DNA of 64,000 bases from a virus: the IMG/VR virus record IMGVR_UViG_3300035181_002344, one strand, 5' to 3'. This document shows positions 10,941 through 22,242 of the stretch, one piece after another; positions within the stretch are counted from its first letter, which is position 1, and each line of letters begins with the position of its first letter. Under the pieces are notes generated by a model that made no database searches, had not been told where the DNA came from, and saw nothing but the letters and a program-made list of their open reading frames with translations. Both the position numbers and the translations under genes were made by a program.

Positions 10941-12767
10941 ATGGGTGCTTTATCTACAAATAAATATGGCTTTGATTATAATAGACTTCCTAAAAAAGAG
11001 ATACTCGAAGAAAATATTCGATTTCTAATTTATGATATCAATAATCTTTTTAGGTCTGCTAAGCAAAATGAATTATTATTTGATAACTATGTCAATATTT
11101 TAGATGTAGATAAAGTTGATAAGTTGTTCAAAAAGATTCTTAGGCTTAGAAAAAAGTATGCAGCTTTTTTAGCTTTATATTCCAGAGATGCCAATGATGT
11201 CAAGTATTTAAATCTTGATGACCAAACGGATTGGCTTAATCCTAATCATCCATTATTTTCAAAGTTATTAGCTGATCCAAAAAATTTATCTGCTGATTAT
11301 ACAGATAAAAAAATGGTTATTTCTAAGGGTAAGCTGTCTTTAAATTATAAAGATGCTGCTATTGGTGATATACAAAATTTTGAAATAAGCTCTCCTGATA
11401 TTGAAGCTGGAATTGCAGGTACATATAAGAATAGCTATATTATCAAAACATCCCCAGAAGATATTTTTATTGATGTTCGCATTTCGCTAACAAAACGATA
11501 TTTGCTAAATTATATATCTTTTACCCCAGCATCGTTTAATACATTCTATTTATATTCTGGTTTTTATAAAAAGGTCGACGGCACTAAAGAATCCATTCCT
11601 GATATTTATAATAATAAAGCCACTAATAAATCATTGTTTTATTTTTCTCCTGTCTATACAAATGAAATAACTATTAGATTTAAGCTTATTAATTATAAAA
11701 GAACAAACAGGATGAAAAATTATACAAATAAAGATCTTGCCGAATATTTTTTACAACACCCCTATGATTATCAAACGACAGCCGATACTGAAGGCTATTA
11801 TTATATATATAATTTTGGTATTTTGGATGCCGCTGTCGGTTACAAGGCAGCAGATACGCATGGTATTTTTGTATCTAAATTTATTGATGTTGGAAATATT
11901 TCCAGAATATCGTTAGAAAGCGACGTTGTAAAAGATAAAGTGGATGTTGAATATTATTTATATTTAATTGATAAAGGCGATTCTATTAGAGAGACTCTTA
12001 TTCCGATACTTCCGTATGGCACAACAACTATAGAACATGAGGTTGTTTTTCCTAGAAAAGTGGCAAATAGTTATTTTGCTTATTTATCATTTGTGCCAGA
12101 TCCAGATTCTCTTACCGTTTATGCAAATGGCATCTCAATGTCTAAAGGCAGATATATAGTTAATGATAAAGAAATTAAGTTTTTGAACCCGCCACATTCA
12201 TCTGCAGTTATAACGGCTACCTATAATCCGTTACATGCTACTAAATCATATCTGGTAGATATTAATGGGGAAACGCAAAAATATACAAAAACCCAGTCAT
12301 TTAAATTCTACGAGTGTAAAATCTCTGATGTTGACAAAACTTTATTTTATGAATTAGATTACTTATTTGATCCGCATGATGTTTCTCTTAAAACATATAT
12401 TAATGGCGAAGAAATAAACAAAGGACGTATATTGTCACTGAATGGACGAATAATTAATATTGATTTGCCATATATAGAAAATGGATATTTGACTGGATGT
12501 GATTTTGTGGTTAGTGGAAATTTATATTCGGACGTTCCACCAGAAGATTCTTCATTTTACTATTCGCAAAATGGAGAAGTTTTTTACAATACAGAGAAAC
12601 TTCCTTCAAATTATAGTGGTACTCAGGTATCTGTTATTGTTGTTGCTCATAAATATTCTGGAAATAATTATGATGGCGATTTAGCAATTGATCAATTAAA
12701 ATTATTCACTGGTAATGCAGACGTTCTAAATGGCACACTGATCAATTTTACTGGAATACATAAATAA
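10941..12767 (+). CDS. Putative baseplate/virion structural protein
   Basis: 608-aa ORF in structural block; architecture resembles the next two ORFs. Confidence 0.45.
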   Translation: MGALSTNKYGFDYNRLPKKEILEENIRFLIYDINNLFRSAKQNELLFDNYVNILDVDKVDKLFKKILRLRKKYAAFLALYSRDANDVKYLNLDDQTDWLNPNHPLFSKLLADPKNLSADYTDKKMVISKGKLSLNYKDAAIGDIQNFEISSPDIEAGIAGTYKNSYIIKTSPEDIFIDVRISLTKRYLLNYISFTPASFNTFYLYSGFYKKVDGTKESIPDIYNNKATNKSLFYFSPVYTNEITIRFKLINYKRTNRMKNYTNKDLAEYFLQHPYDYQTTADTEGYYYIYNFGILDAAVGYKAADTHGIFVSKFIDVGNISRISLESDVVKDKVDVEYYLYLIDKGDSIRETLIPILPYGTTTIEHEVVFPRKVANSYFAYLSFVPDPDSLTVYANGISMSKGRYIVNDKEIKFLNPPHSSAVITATYNPLHATKSYLVDINGETQKYTKTQSFKFYECKISDVDKTLFYELDYLFDPHDVSLKTYINGEEINKGRILSLNGRIINIDLPYIENGYLTGCDFVVSGNLYSDVPPEDSSFYYSQNGEVFYNTEKLPSNYSGTQVSVIVVAHKYSGNNYDGDLAIDQLKLFTGNADVLNGTLINFTGIHK

Positions 12768-12796
12768 TATGTTCAATAATTAAAGAATGATATTAA

Positions 12797-15700
12797 ATGG
12801 CTTATATTGGTCATATTAAACTCACAAGTAAATCGACTGTTAGGTCTTATGATAATGCTCCGCATAAGAGCTATGGGCATATTAAACTCACAAGTAAATC
12901 GACTGTTAGGTCTTATGATAATGCTCCGCATAAGAGCTATGGGCATATTAAGCTCACAAGTAAGTCGACTGTTAAGTTTTTAGATAATTCTCCGCGTAGG
13001 GGCTATGGGCATATTAAGCTTACAGGTGCGTCGAAAGTTGAGGTTTATGATACTTCCCCACGTAGAAGTTATGGGCATATTAAACTCATAAGCATATCGA
13101 CAGTTGAGTCTTATGATAATTCTCCGCATAAAGGATATATCAAGTTTACAGGTGCATCGAAATATAGTGGCCTTGATAATAATACCACTCCCGATACATT
13201 TCATGATATTGGTCTTATTAGTCTTACTGGTACATCGACAACTAAGTTTTATGATAATTCTCCACATATTGGTCGTATTAAATTTAAGGGCATTTCTACT
13301 GTCAAAACTTCCAATAGCCCTCGATATACTGGTAATATTATACTCAGAGGTATTTCTACTGTCAAAACTTCTGGCAATCCTATATATGCTGGCAATATTA
13401 TACTAAGAGGTGCTTCTGTTGTCAAAACCTTTGGTAATCCTATACATGCCGGTCACATTATACTTAGAGGTATTTCTACTGTTAATACCCATGATAATCC
13501 TAAGCATATTGGTCATTTCATAGTCAAGGGTGTTTCTACATATATAATTCCTGCTAGTGCATTTAAAATTTCTGATACATCCGATATTCTTTTAAGTGGT
13601 ATTTCACAAGTCAAAGAATCTATCTTAGATGATTCTGTTCGATATTTTACTTTTGATACTAATGATCCTCCAGTTGCTTCTCAAGTTGAATTGGCAAATG
13701 AATATGTTCCTTTAGCGCAATTATTTCCAAAAATGATAAATACTGATACCTTTGTGCATAAAGAGCACATTTACGTTGGGGATATTATTGAGCCATTACA
13801 TTTTAATAGATTTTTTGACAATATAGCTGTTGATTTGGATTTTATAGAAACATCTTTGAATAAAATATCGGCCGATATAGAACAATCGCGTTTAGATTTT
13901 GAGAACAAAATCAATGATGTTGATTATGGTATTCGCAAAGCCGATGCAATTCTTAATGAATTTGCTTTATATGCATATGCGGTTAGCGAAGAAATATCTG
14001 GTGTAACAGAAACATTTAATAAACTTACAGATATTGCCGATTCGCAAAATATATTTATTAATACCGAAGAAGGTATTGCCACACTTCCAATTGAATCTAA
14101 GGAATTGATTGAAATAGGTAACGATTTTTATGTTCTTACGGGAAATGGTGCTTTTACAGATAATCATGATTTAATTAATGCATTTGACGATGATAAAATG
14201 TCCTATGCAGAATATGTAGCCTCTGATGTTGATGATATAACATTAGAAATAGAAATAAAACTTAAACGCGAAGAAATAATTAACAATATTGTATGTGAAT
14301 TTCTCGATGAGAATGATGCGGAAACTACATTTATTGAGAGCTTTTCTATTAGTCGAGATAATATTTCTTATACAAATGTTCCTATCAATGATAATAACTC
14401 TATTACCTTTATACCGCATATTGTAAATTATATGCGTTTACGTTTTAAGAAACATACTAGTAGCTCTGAAATAATATCCATAAGAATAGCAAATATCGCT
14501 GTATATAGAATATCGTATAAAGACACTGGCAGTGCAATTATCAATAAAACGATACCACCTACAAAAATTGATGAAGTAGCTCTTCATACTAAAAATGCGA
14601 TTGTAACAGATTCAGCCATATCGGCAAATTTTTCTGTGTCTTTTGATAATAATCAGTTCGTTGATATTCAACCGGTTCAGGCGAATACCACGGATGAAAT
14701 TTTATATATTAATTTCCCAGAGAAGAAAAACAATTTATCTGTTGTAGATAATGAATTTACGAAAATTGCAATTAAAATGGTACTTTCTCGCAATGATGAT
14801 ATTAATGATTTAGCTAAACTTTATACTGATGAGTTATTTGTACAAACGGAAATTGTTACGTTTCCATCAAAACCGCCATATGCATTTACATTAAAAAATC
14901 GCCCGAAACAAAATACACTTTCTATCCGCGGTATTTCTAATATGATCCTTGGAACAAAACAAAATAGCATACCGCTAGGTAATGTCGAAGCCTCTAAATA
15001 TACTTATGTTTTTGCCCTCCCATTCGACACCAAAGATATGGAAGAGATTTATATTAAAGATTATAAGCTTACAAAGTTTAGTAATTTTAGCGATTTAATG
15101 GACTATGATTTAACTGGTTACTATATTAATCCATCTGCTAATGTTTTAACGATTAATATCCAAAAGCACGTTATTCGAACTGGAGATGTAGGCTATGGAG
15201 ACCCATGGATCCAGAATTATTCAGAAAAAACTGCTTATGCCGACTATAAATACGAAGATAATGCATTAGCTGGATCACCGATTAGTCTTTATCTTAAAAG
15301 CGATATAATTCATGCGCCCCAAAAGAATATATTGCCACTTACATTTTATACGGATTTAATAAAAGATGATATTACCATCCAAAGACTTCAACTTGATTCG
15401 GATAATAATATACTTACAGAAATTGTTAGTGATATTGTTCCGGCTGGTCAGAAAAATATCAAACTATCTGCTATTCCCGTTAATCTCGAAGAAATAACGC
15501 TTCTAAATAGTGATCGTGTTGAATATGTTGATGGCGTTACAGAATTTCAATATGCTACTGAGTTTTCTTATTCTGTTGATATTTCTAATGGTATGTTGTA
15601 TTTGCGTGATCCATTCCCTGAAGATGTTTCCATATCATATCGCAAAGAACTTCGTTCTATTATTTCACCAAATCTCTATCATATTGGTCCTGATGGCAAA

Positions 15701-15997
15701 AGCATTATTCTTGATCCAAGTATTTTTTCAAGTTCATTTGCTTATATGGTTAATTATCGGATGGCTTTTGATATTTCCGCAGATAAATATAATCTTGATA
15801 TAGACGGCAGAACTGTAACACTTAAAGATAAGGTTATTATCGCTGATTATATTGGTTTAGAAGATATTACAGATAAAATGTTAATTGTTTCTTATGAAAG
15901 CGAATACGATATGCAAAATTATATTCGCTCAATAATGCCCTATATTTCTCCTATTATTCCTGAGGTTTCATTACTTTATTCTAAGGAGATTTCATGA
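12797..15997 (+). CDS. Putative baseplate/virion protein with N-terminal tandem repeats
   Basis: 1066 aa; about a dozen G[HN]I.L.G.S.V repeats, then a coiled coil and beta domains. Confidence 0.55.
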   Translation: MAYIGHIKLTSKSTVRSYDNAPHKSYGHIKLTSKSTVRSYDNAPHKSYGHIKLTSKSTVKFLDNSPRRGYGHIKLTGASKVEVYDTSPRRSYGHIKLISISTVESYDNSPHKGYIKFTGASKYSGLDNNTTPDTFHDIGLISLTGTSTTKFYDNSPHIGRIKFKGISTVKTSNSPRYTGNIILRGISTVKTSGNPIYAGNIILRGASVVKTFGNPIHAGHIILRGISTVNTHDNPKHIGHFIVKGVSTYIIPASAFKISDTSDILLSGISQVKESILDDSVRYFTFDTNDPPVASQVELANEYVPLAQLFPKMINTDTFVHKEHIYVGDIIEPLHFNRFFDNIAVDLDFIETSLNKISADIEQSRLDFENKINDVDYGIRKADAILNEFALYAYAVSEEISGVTETFNKLTDIADSQNIFINTEEGIATLPIESKELIEIGNDFYVLTGNGAFTDNHDLINAFDDDKMSYAEYVASDVDDITLEIEIKLKREEIINNIVCEFLDENDAETTFIESFSISRDNISYTNVPINDNNSITFIPHIVNYMRLRFKKHTSSSEIISIRIANIAVYRISYKDTGSAIINKTIPPTKIDEVALHTKNAIVTDSAISANFSVSFDNNQFVDIQPVQANTTDEILYINFPEKKNNLSVVDNEFTKIAIKMVLSRNDDINDLAKLYTDELFVQTEIVTFPSKPPYAFTLKNRPKQNTLSIRGISNMILGTKQNSIPLGNVEASKYTYVFALPFDTKDMEEIYIKDYKLTKFSNFSDLMDYDLTGYYINPSANVLTINIQKHVIRTGDVGYGDPWIQNYSEKTAYADYKYEDNALAGSPISLYLKSDIIHAPQKNILPLTFYTDLIKDDITIQRLQLDSDNNILTEIVSDIVPAGQKNIKLSAIPVNLEEITLLNSDRVEYVDGVTEFQYATEFSYSVDISNGMLYLRDPFPEDVSISYRKELRSIISPNLYHIGPDGKSIILDPSIFSSSFAYMVNYRMAFDISADKYNLDIDGRTVTLKDKVIIADYIGLEDITDKMLIVSYESEYDMQNYIRSIMPYISPIIPEVSLLYSKEIS
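12809..13620 (+). repeat. Coding tandem repeat (66-bp/22-aa units decaying to 60-bp/20-aa units)
   Basis: First two 66-bp units essentially identical (GHIKLTSKSTVRSYDNAPHKSY); later units progressively diverged. Confidence 0.9.
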
Positions 15998-17703
15998 TTC
16001 CAGTTCTTAAACAAGAGGCTATAAAGGAAGTTTTGGCCGCCGACCAATTATATAAAGGTGAATTGCCTGATATTGTTGATATTTGCGATGTAGCTATTAG
16101 CATCTATGGAGCCAAGGATGCATATACATCCTTATTATCTATGAATGATGTGTCTCCAGATAAGAAGATTTCTTTGAAAGAATTTGATAATATCCGTTCA
16201 TTATCTCTTATGGATATTAAAACGTTAACTAAATTTGTTACGAAGCTAAATAATGATTTTGAAAGTTTAAAAACAAATTTGCGCCAGAAATTAAATATCT
16301 TATCTGAAACTGTTGATGAAATAAAAGGGTTAGCTTCTGCTATGCTTGTGCAGCCAGAAACAGGGGGATTAAATAAATATATCAATTTTACCAATCTTGA
16401 CGATATAGATATGAGTCTTACAAGTGCTTATATTGATACTGTGGCTAAAAATGCCACATTATCAAAAAGCGCACATACACCAGTGTCAGATGCTGTATTT
16501 AAAATATTGCCGCGATGTACAACATCTGGTTTTATTTCAATTGTAAATAATGACATTGCTAATTTATATGATACAAATCCCCTGAGTTTATGGAATTACA
16601 CTGTTAAAATGAACAGTGGATATATTGGATATGTAGAAATAGTCTTAGATATTACGTTGACTAATAATTTTGATATTAATCATCTCTCGCTTAATTTATC
16701 TGACGGGAACCTACAGCATTCATATAACTACAGCTTATATACCCTTGTTGATGGACAGATGGTGCCTTTAATAGAAGATCAAACGGCAACGGATACACTT
16801 GAAGTTTCTTTTAATCCTATTCGCACAGATCGCTTCTTTTTATATCTTAGAAATTCTACGCCGATAATTAATAAAGATTCTTTGGATTATCTGTTTTTTG
16901 GCAATAATCTTAGTTTTGGTTTGGTTTCATATCATGATATATCATGGATAACATTAAAATCTGTTGAAAAAATGGGGATTAATGGTATAGCTATTGATGT
17001 TCAAGGAGTTATTCCAGCAGATACATCTTTTATGATTGATATCGAAACCGATCAAGGCATCCTACCTGCTAAAAATAATGAACCGGTTATATTAAATGAA
17101 ATGGTTAAAAACGATATTGATGAGATGGGAGTTGATTTAACAGTCGTTCATCCATATAATAACGGTATAAATGTTTTCTTTACTTGGAAAAGTGAAACGT
17201 ATCCAGAAATGATACTTGACAAAACAAAAATATTAAGGAATCTTAATAATTTTGATGGTTTATCCTGTTGGATTTATATTCCATCGGATACAACGATTGA
17301 TTTTTCATCGTTTCCTGGTACTTTTGATAAATCTGAAGCTTCTTTTCCAATGAATATATCTGAGGGTATTTATAAATATACAGCGAAAACCGAAGAATTG
17401 TCTATGATTGCCAAACAATATTTCCTTAGTAATAGTATAAAATTTGGATCTTCGATATCAAGAATTATTTCTGGTGAACGACAATTTATTGAAGCTGATG
17501 CTCATTCTGATTTTGCTGCTATTGTATCAACAGACGATGGCTATCGTTTGGTTGCTAAAAAAATATCACTTGATGAAAAAGCGTTATTTATTAAGCGTCG
17601 TCTTGAAAGCTCTGAATATAGATATATTAAACCGCGAATTAAATTAATAGGCACAGCCTATTCTACTCCAATAATTAAAACAATTAGAATTAAGGTGTCT
17701 TAA
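15994..17703 (+). CDS. Putative baseplate/virion structural protein
   Basis: 569 aa, overlaps upstream stop; coiled coil plus beta domains like 12797..15997. Confidence 0.45.
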   Translation: MIPVLKQEAIKEVLAADQLYKGELPDIVDICDVAISIYGAKDAYTSLLSMNDVSPDKKISLKEFDNIRSLSLMDIKTLTKFVTKLNNDFESLKTNLRQKLNILSETVDEIKGLASAMLVQPETGGLNKYINFTNLDDIDMSLTSAYIDTVAKNATLSKSAHTPVSDAVFKILPRCTTSGFISIVNNDIANLYDTNPLSLWNYTVKMNSGYIGYVEIVLDITLTNNFDINHLSLNLSDGNLQHSYNYSLYTLVDGQMVPLIEDQTATDTLEVSFNPIRTDRFFLYLRNSTPIINKDSLDYLFFGNNLSFGLVSYHDISWITLKSVEKMGINGIAIDVQGVIPADTSFMIDIETDQGILPAKNNEPVILNEMVKNDIDEMGVDLTVVHPYNNGINVFFTWKSETYPEMILDKTKILRNLNNFDGLSCWIYIPSDTTIDFSSFPGTFDKSEASFPMNISEGIYKYTAKTEELSMIAKQYFLSNSIKFGSSISRIISGERQFIEADAHSDFAAIVSTDDGYRLVAKKISLDEKALFIKRRLESSEYRYIKPRIKLIGTAYSTPIIKTIRIKVS

Positions 17704-18308
17704 TGATTATCACAGAATTTAATCAATCGACTTTTCCATTAGAACAGATGAATTCTGGTCGTATTAATGCCGAAGAATTAAAGGCATTTACCACAGCTGT
17801 AGTCAATGATTTAGAAGCTTTGGCTGCTATATTAAATAATGATATTTCTCCTATTTTACGAACCTTACCAGAGGCAACTGATGTAAATCCTCGCGTTGGT
17901 AATTTTGATGGAACCAATATTTATCTTGATAGCAACGCTTCTAAAGATAAGGATAAAGGTGTTTTTTTTGACACTATTAGTCAACGGCCAATGACGATAT
18001 ATGAAGTGTTGATATTTTTCTTGAGAATTATAGCTGATTTAAATAATGGACTCAAAGAAGGTGTTACTATTGGAAATATCGCTTCGCCAATTGTTATTAA
18101 CGCTGGAAGCACTTATTCTGTTTCATGGCCTTATCTTGATGGCTTATTTGATTATCAATTGCAAGTATTGAATAATAATATGATATATAAAGCCGCTAAT
18201 ATTACAGTTGGTATTGACACTGTAACTAAAGAGATCAAAATTACAAATAATAACAATACAAATATATCTATATTTGGTGTTATTTGGCATCCGGTTTATA
18301 CTTTTTAA
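17703..18308 (+). CDS. Hypothetical virion protein
   Basis: TAATG coupling; structural block. Confidence 0.45.
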   Translation: MIITEFNQSTFPLEQMNSGRINAEELKAFTTAVVNDLEALAAILNNDISPILRTLPEATDVNPRVGNFDGTNIYLDSNASKDKDKGVFFDTISQRPMTIYEVLIFFLRIIADLNNGLKEGVTIGNIASPIVINAGSTYSVSWPYLDGLFDYQLQVLNNNMIYKAANITVGIDTVTKEIKITNNNNTNISIFGVIWHPVYTF

Positions 18309-18320
18309 TGGAGTTTAAAA

Positions 18321-21317
18321 ATGGGTCTTAAATTCAAAAATACAGCGGATATCAAAGCCGCACAATATGAAGGCATTAAGGTTTTACCACGCACACCTAA
18401 AAATCCAGAAGATTATCATGCCTTGCAGGATATTTTACGTCATAGACAGGTATATTTAGCAAAAGAATTGTATGGCAATGCAAGATTAACTTCAAATCCA
18501 TATTCTGTTCTTGCCGACGGAACTGTTCGCGTCAATGGTGTTTGGTATCTCGATGGATATCGTATGGAACTTAATTTACAGGCAGATGGGTATTTACCGC
18601 AGCCTCCATTTAATGAAACATATTATCTTGCTCTTTTAATAAAGTTTGTTACCATAGATTTCACTGAAGATCAAACTATTGCTTTAAAAGATCCATTAAC
18701 AAAAAAGATTGTTCCTACATCGGAACGTTATAAATTTGTATATAGCGCAACTATAATAAACGACCCAAATGTGTTAAGTGGTCTATCTGAATATGATGCC
18801 ACATATGTGCTTGCCAACATTCAATTTCAAAATGGTCAAATAACTTTTTCTGATCCAGACGATATATTCTATATATCTCTCAAATATGCAGAGGCCGCTG
18901 AATTAGCAGCATCAGCCATTCATAAGGATAGAGAAGGTTGGGCAAATATAGATAAATTACGTTCAAGCGATAAGTTACCTGCATATAAAATTTATGAGGA
19001 CGATCATGAAATTTCCTTTGTTCTTGAAGGTAAAAATGGACGTCGTTTTGTTTTAAAAGGAACAAAATCTGGGGATGATCTTTTTACTTCACTCAGTTTA
19101 TATGGTTTTGATCCTAATGAAAATATTACGATTGATTCTAAATCGTTATCTCTTAAAAGTGGTCTATATTCTTTTGATGCTAATGATCAAAAATTCCAGC
19201 ATATTATCGAAGGTGGACATTCATTTGAAACTTCAGCATCTAAAATGGAATATAAGTCCATACCCTCGAATACATCTGTTAAAGCTGAATTGGTCTATAA
19301 AAATTTAGAAAACTGGAGTTCTTCAGTAAATTTAGCGAGTGGTTCTTCTACCGTTGGAAGCAGCGGATATGGAAAAGCGAGTGCTATATCTTCAAGTAAT
19401 TTTTCTACATATACTTTTTCTGTCCTTAAAGAAAATCTTCCCCAGGATTATCTTTTTAAGGTTAATTCGCGTCTATCAAGTGAAGATTTATCAAGTGGTG
19501 GCATTTTAGTAACGTTTACATATATAGCTACCAGTGGAGAAGTACCTATCCAGAAGAAATTTTATTCATTTGATACTCTTGATAAAGCCGAAGGAGACTA
19601 TTTTTCCATATATGGAGTAAGTCTCGATAGTCAAGCTACAGAACATTCATTTCAATTAAAATATGAGCTTCAATCCACTTCGGGCACTGCTCGTGTTGAA
19701 TTTAGTAATATGGGCAATGTCGTTTGGAAAAAATATGACAATCCATTATTATTGTTTAATATACCGAATATGGTTATTGGTGATTTTTTCTTTTTTACCG
19801 ACAGCAATGGGGCTTTGCGTGTTAAAAGAGTTACCACTGATGTAGATGCTTTATCTGATGCTCATAACCAACCAGCTGGAAGTAGCGTTGATGATCCTGG
19901 TGGTAAATTAGTTGGTTCTGGATCTAGTGCTCCTAGTGGTTCTGGCGGATTTACAGATTTTGTATATACGACTGACAATGATAAACAATATGGCGTAAGT
20001 GTTGATGGTTCTGTTGTTAAATTAAATTTATATGATATTAGCAAAGCTGGTATTGATGCTAATCTACCTGCTCTTATTAAAAAATCTTATTTTGATGGTG
20101 TAGCTGATCAAGTTACTCAATATGGCGTTACTATCCAAAATCATACTGACGAATTAGGCGATATAGAAATTAAGCTTAATCAATTAATTAATACTGATCG
20201 TAAAGATAATATTCCTGCAAAAGTTGCATATGTTTCACCTTCGTGGACTGGACAAACGACCCCAGCTTTTCCTTATTTTACAACGATTACTGGTGCTGTT
20301 GAGGCATTAAAAAATACTAAAGGTACTGTATTTGTTATGCCGGGCGAATATACTGAAGATATCGTATTAAGAGATGGTGTTGATATTATAGCATTGGATC
20401 CTAATAATACTATTTTACATGGTACAATATCCGATGCAACTATTAAAAGTGCTACAATTAGAAGTTCTTTCCCTTATATTTTTGATTCCGATAATGGTTC
20501 TGGTGTCAAATGTTATGTAAAATTAAATGTTGATAATGCTAATGTTCAAAATTTACCATGTTATTATATAATTCGTCCTGGAAGCGAGATTAAATCTGAA
20601 GGATTATTATTAACTAATACGATGTCAACCAGTGGAACCTCATATGGTATTGGCATTGGTATGGGCACTGTTATTGTTACTTCTGGAACTTTTATGCATA
20701 AAGGAGATATGGGTAATAAAACAAATTTATGCGGAGGCATTCATATCGAAGCTGAAGGTGCTGTTAAGGTTTTTGTCGATGGTAATATTTGGACTAATAC
20801 GCGTGGAATTTATATTAATAGAGGCAATGGATATGTTCCTGGTGCATCTTTTGTTCAAGTAAATGGCAATATCTTCCATAATTCTTCTGTAAGGGGATTT
20901 AGTAATTTTAATAATGCAATTAATGCTGGGTTAAATTCAACTATTGTGGTAAATGGAGATGTTGTAGTAAACGGCACGGGACATGCATGTATAACTGATA
21001 GTTCTGGTCAAATGTTTAGTAATGTTTATTTAAATAGTAATATAGTATTTTGTAGAAACGATCGAGCTTTTACATCATTCTTAAATAATAGTGGTTCCGA
21101 TCCTAGTGAATCCAGTCGTAGTGGAAATATTACTGTAAACAATGGCAAAGTCATTCAAGCTACTAGCAGCGATGATTATTTTGCTAGTTGTCTTAATTCT
21201 CTAACTGGTCCATTAGTATCAAATAAATCAGAACAACATAATGGTATACTTTGGTCGGTTACGACAGTAAATACTTATCCTTATTTCTATAATCCATACG
21301 ATACAATTTTCCAATAG
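18321..21317 (+). CDS. Virion protein with C-terminal pectin-lyase-like beta-helix (tailspike-like)
   Basis: FTTITGAV...TVFVMPGEYTED.. beta-helix cap motif followed by G/N/I-rich repeats. Confidence 0.6.
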   Translation: MGLKFKNTADIKAAQYEGIKVLPRTPKNPEDYHALQDILRHRQVYLAKELYGNARLTSNPYSVLADGTVRVNGVWYLDGYRMELNLQADGYLPQPPFNETYYLALLIKFVTIDFTEDQTIALKDPLTKKIVPTSERYKFVYSATIINDPNVLSGLSEYDATYVLANIQFQNGQITFSDPDDIFYISLKYAEAAELAASAIHKDREGWANIDKLRSSDKLPAYKIYEDDHEISFVLEGKNGRRFVLKGTKSGDDLFTSLSLYGFDPNENITIDSKSLSLKSGLYSFDANDQKFQHIIEGGHSFETSASKMEYKSIPSNTSVKAELVYKNLENWSSSVNLASGSSTVGSSGYGKASAISSSNFSTYTFSVLKENLPQDYLFKVNSRLSSEDLSSGGILVTFTYIATSGEVPIQKKFYSFDTLDKAEGDYFSIYGVSLDSQATEHSFQLKYELQSTSGTARVEFSNMGNVVWKKYDNPLLLFNIPNMVIGDFFFFTDSNGALRVKRVTTDVDALSDAHNQPAGSSVDDPGGKLVGSGSSAPSGSGGFTDFVYTTDNDKQYGVSVDGSVVKLNLYDISKAGIDANLPALIKKSYFDGVADQVTQYGVTIQNHTDELGDIEIKLNQLINTDRKDNIPAKVAYVSPSWTGQTTPAFPYFTTITGAVEALKNTKGTVFVMPGEYTEDIVLRDGVDIIALDPNNTILHGTISDATIKSATIRSSFPYIFDSDNGSGVKCYVKLNVDNANVQNLPCYYIIRPGSEIKSEGLLLTNTMSTSGTSYGIGIGMGTVIVTSGTFMHKGDMGNKTNLCGGIHIEAEGAVKVFVDGNIWTNTRGIYINRGNGYVPGASFVQVNGNIFHNSSVRGFSNFNNAINAGLNSTIVVNGDVVVNGTGHACITDSSGQMFSNVYLNSNIVFCRNDRAFTSFLNNSGSDPSESSRSGNITVNNGKVIQATSSDDYFASCLNSLTGPLVSNKSEQHNGILWSVTTVNTYPYFYNPYDTIFQ

Positions 21318-21325
21318 GGTAATTT

Positions 21326-21856
21326 ATGGGCGAAGATATAATATCTTTACTGAAAGAAAAAATAGACAAACTTGAAACGCAGTTACGTAGTGTTGAAGAA
21401 AAACTTCAAACGCATAATCTTGTGCATATTGAAATAGCAAAGGAACAAGCTGAAATTATGGAATGGAGACGCAGAATAGAGATTACACTTCAAGAGCTTG
21501 ATGCAAATGATAAGCATATACGTGCCTCTTTGCATAAATTGTTAGGTCGCACGCCAGATTTTGCTGTGCAGGTCTCTAAAGATAACGCTGGTCCTAAAAG
21601 AATGATGAGCGATGTGGTTTCTGAAATGTATGATTTTTTATCTATATTTAAAAAATATCCTAAAGAACAAATTTCCGACTATCTTGACACGGCTACATCA
21701 ATGATGAATCAATGGAATGTATTAAAAAAATGGAAAGTATTACATATACTTATTGTTTTATTAATTCTAAATTTATTATCAAATTTGAGAATAAATACAG
21801 ATATGTTCAAAATAATATTTGACCATGTATTGAATATTTTTGGTGCAAAATTATGA
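21326..21856 (+). CDS. Coiled-coil protein with C-terminal TM segment (lysis-associated?)
   Basis: Heptad-rich N-terminus; VLHILIVLLILNLL helix. Confidence 0.45.
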   Translation: MGEDIISLLKEKIDKLETQLRSVEEKLQTHNLVHIEIAKEQAEIMEWRRRIEITLQELDANDKHIRASLHKLLGRTPDFAVQVSKDNAGPKRMMSDVVSEMYDFLSIFKKYPKEQISDYLDTATSMMNQWNVLKKWKVLHILIVLLILNLLSNLRINTDMFKIIFDHVLNIFGAKL

Positions 21857-22242
21857 TAACTGGTGATATTGTTTTTCTTAAAAGCAATGATGAGATTCTT
21901 AAATCTTACATTGCATATGATAAAAATCTTGTTGTTGGTACTAATTTATTTGGTATCACGCTCGAGACTATTGATTATTTAAGAAAAAAAGGGGATGTAT
22001 CAATTATGCGTCCTAAAAAAGATCCAAAATATTTTAGACGCAATGAATTAGCAAGCTATTTAAGGGAGCTCATCATGAAAACTAAACGGCTTTCTTATAA
22101 AGAGCGGATAAACTTTATTAGGTATATTGTTATGCTTTACAATCAGATATTTAAGATAGATTTAATAGAGCACCCCGCTATTGAGATTAATAATAAAAAT
22201 GTTTATAATTCTCCAGAATTAGTTGAGGAATTTTATATATGA
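21853..22242 (+). CDS. Hypothetical protein
   Basis: Overlap-coupled 129-aa ORF. Confidence 0.5.
   Translation: MITGDIVFLKSNDEILKSYIAYDKNLVVGTNLFGITLETIDYLRKKGDVSIMRPKKDPKYFRRNELASYLRELIMKTKRLSYKERINFIRYIVMLYNQIFKIDLIEHPAIEINNKNVYNSPELVEEFYI

Noticed and set aside
12809-13100. CRISPR-like array
   Set aside because: Units are contiguous, in-frame multiples of 3 with no unique spacers; this is a coding repeat
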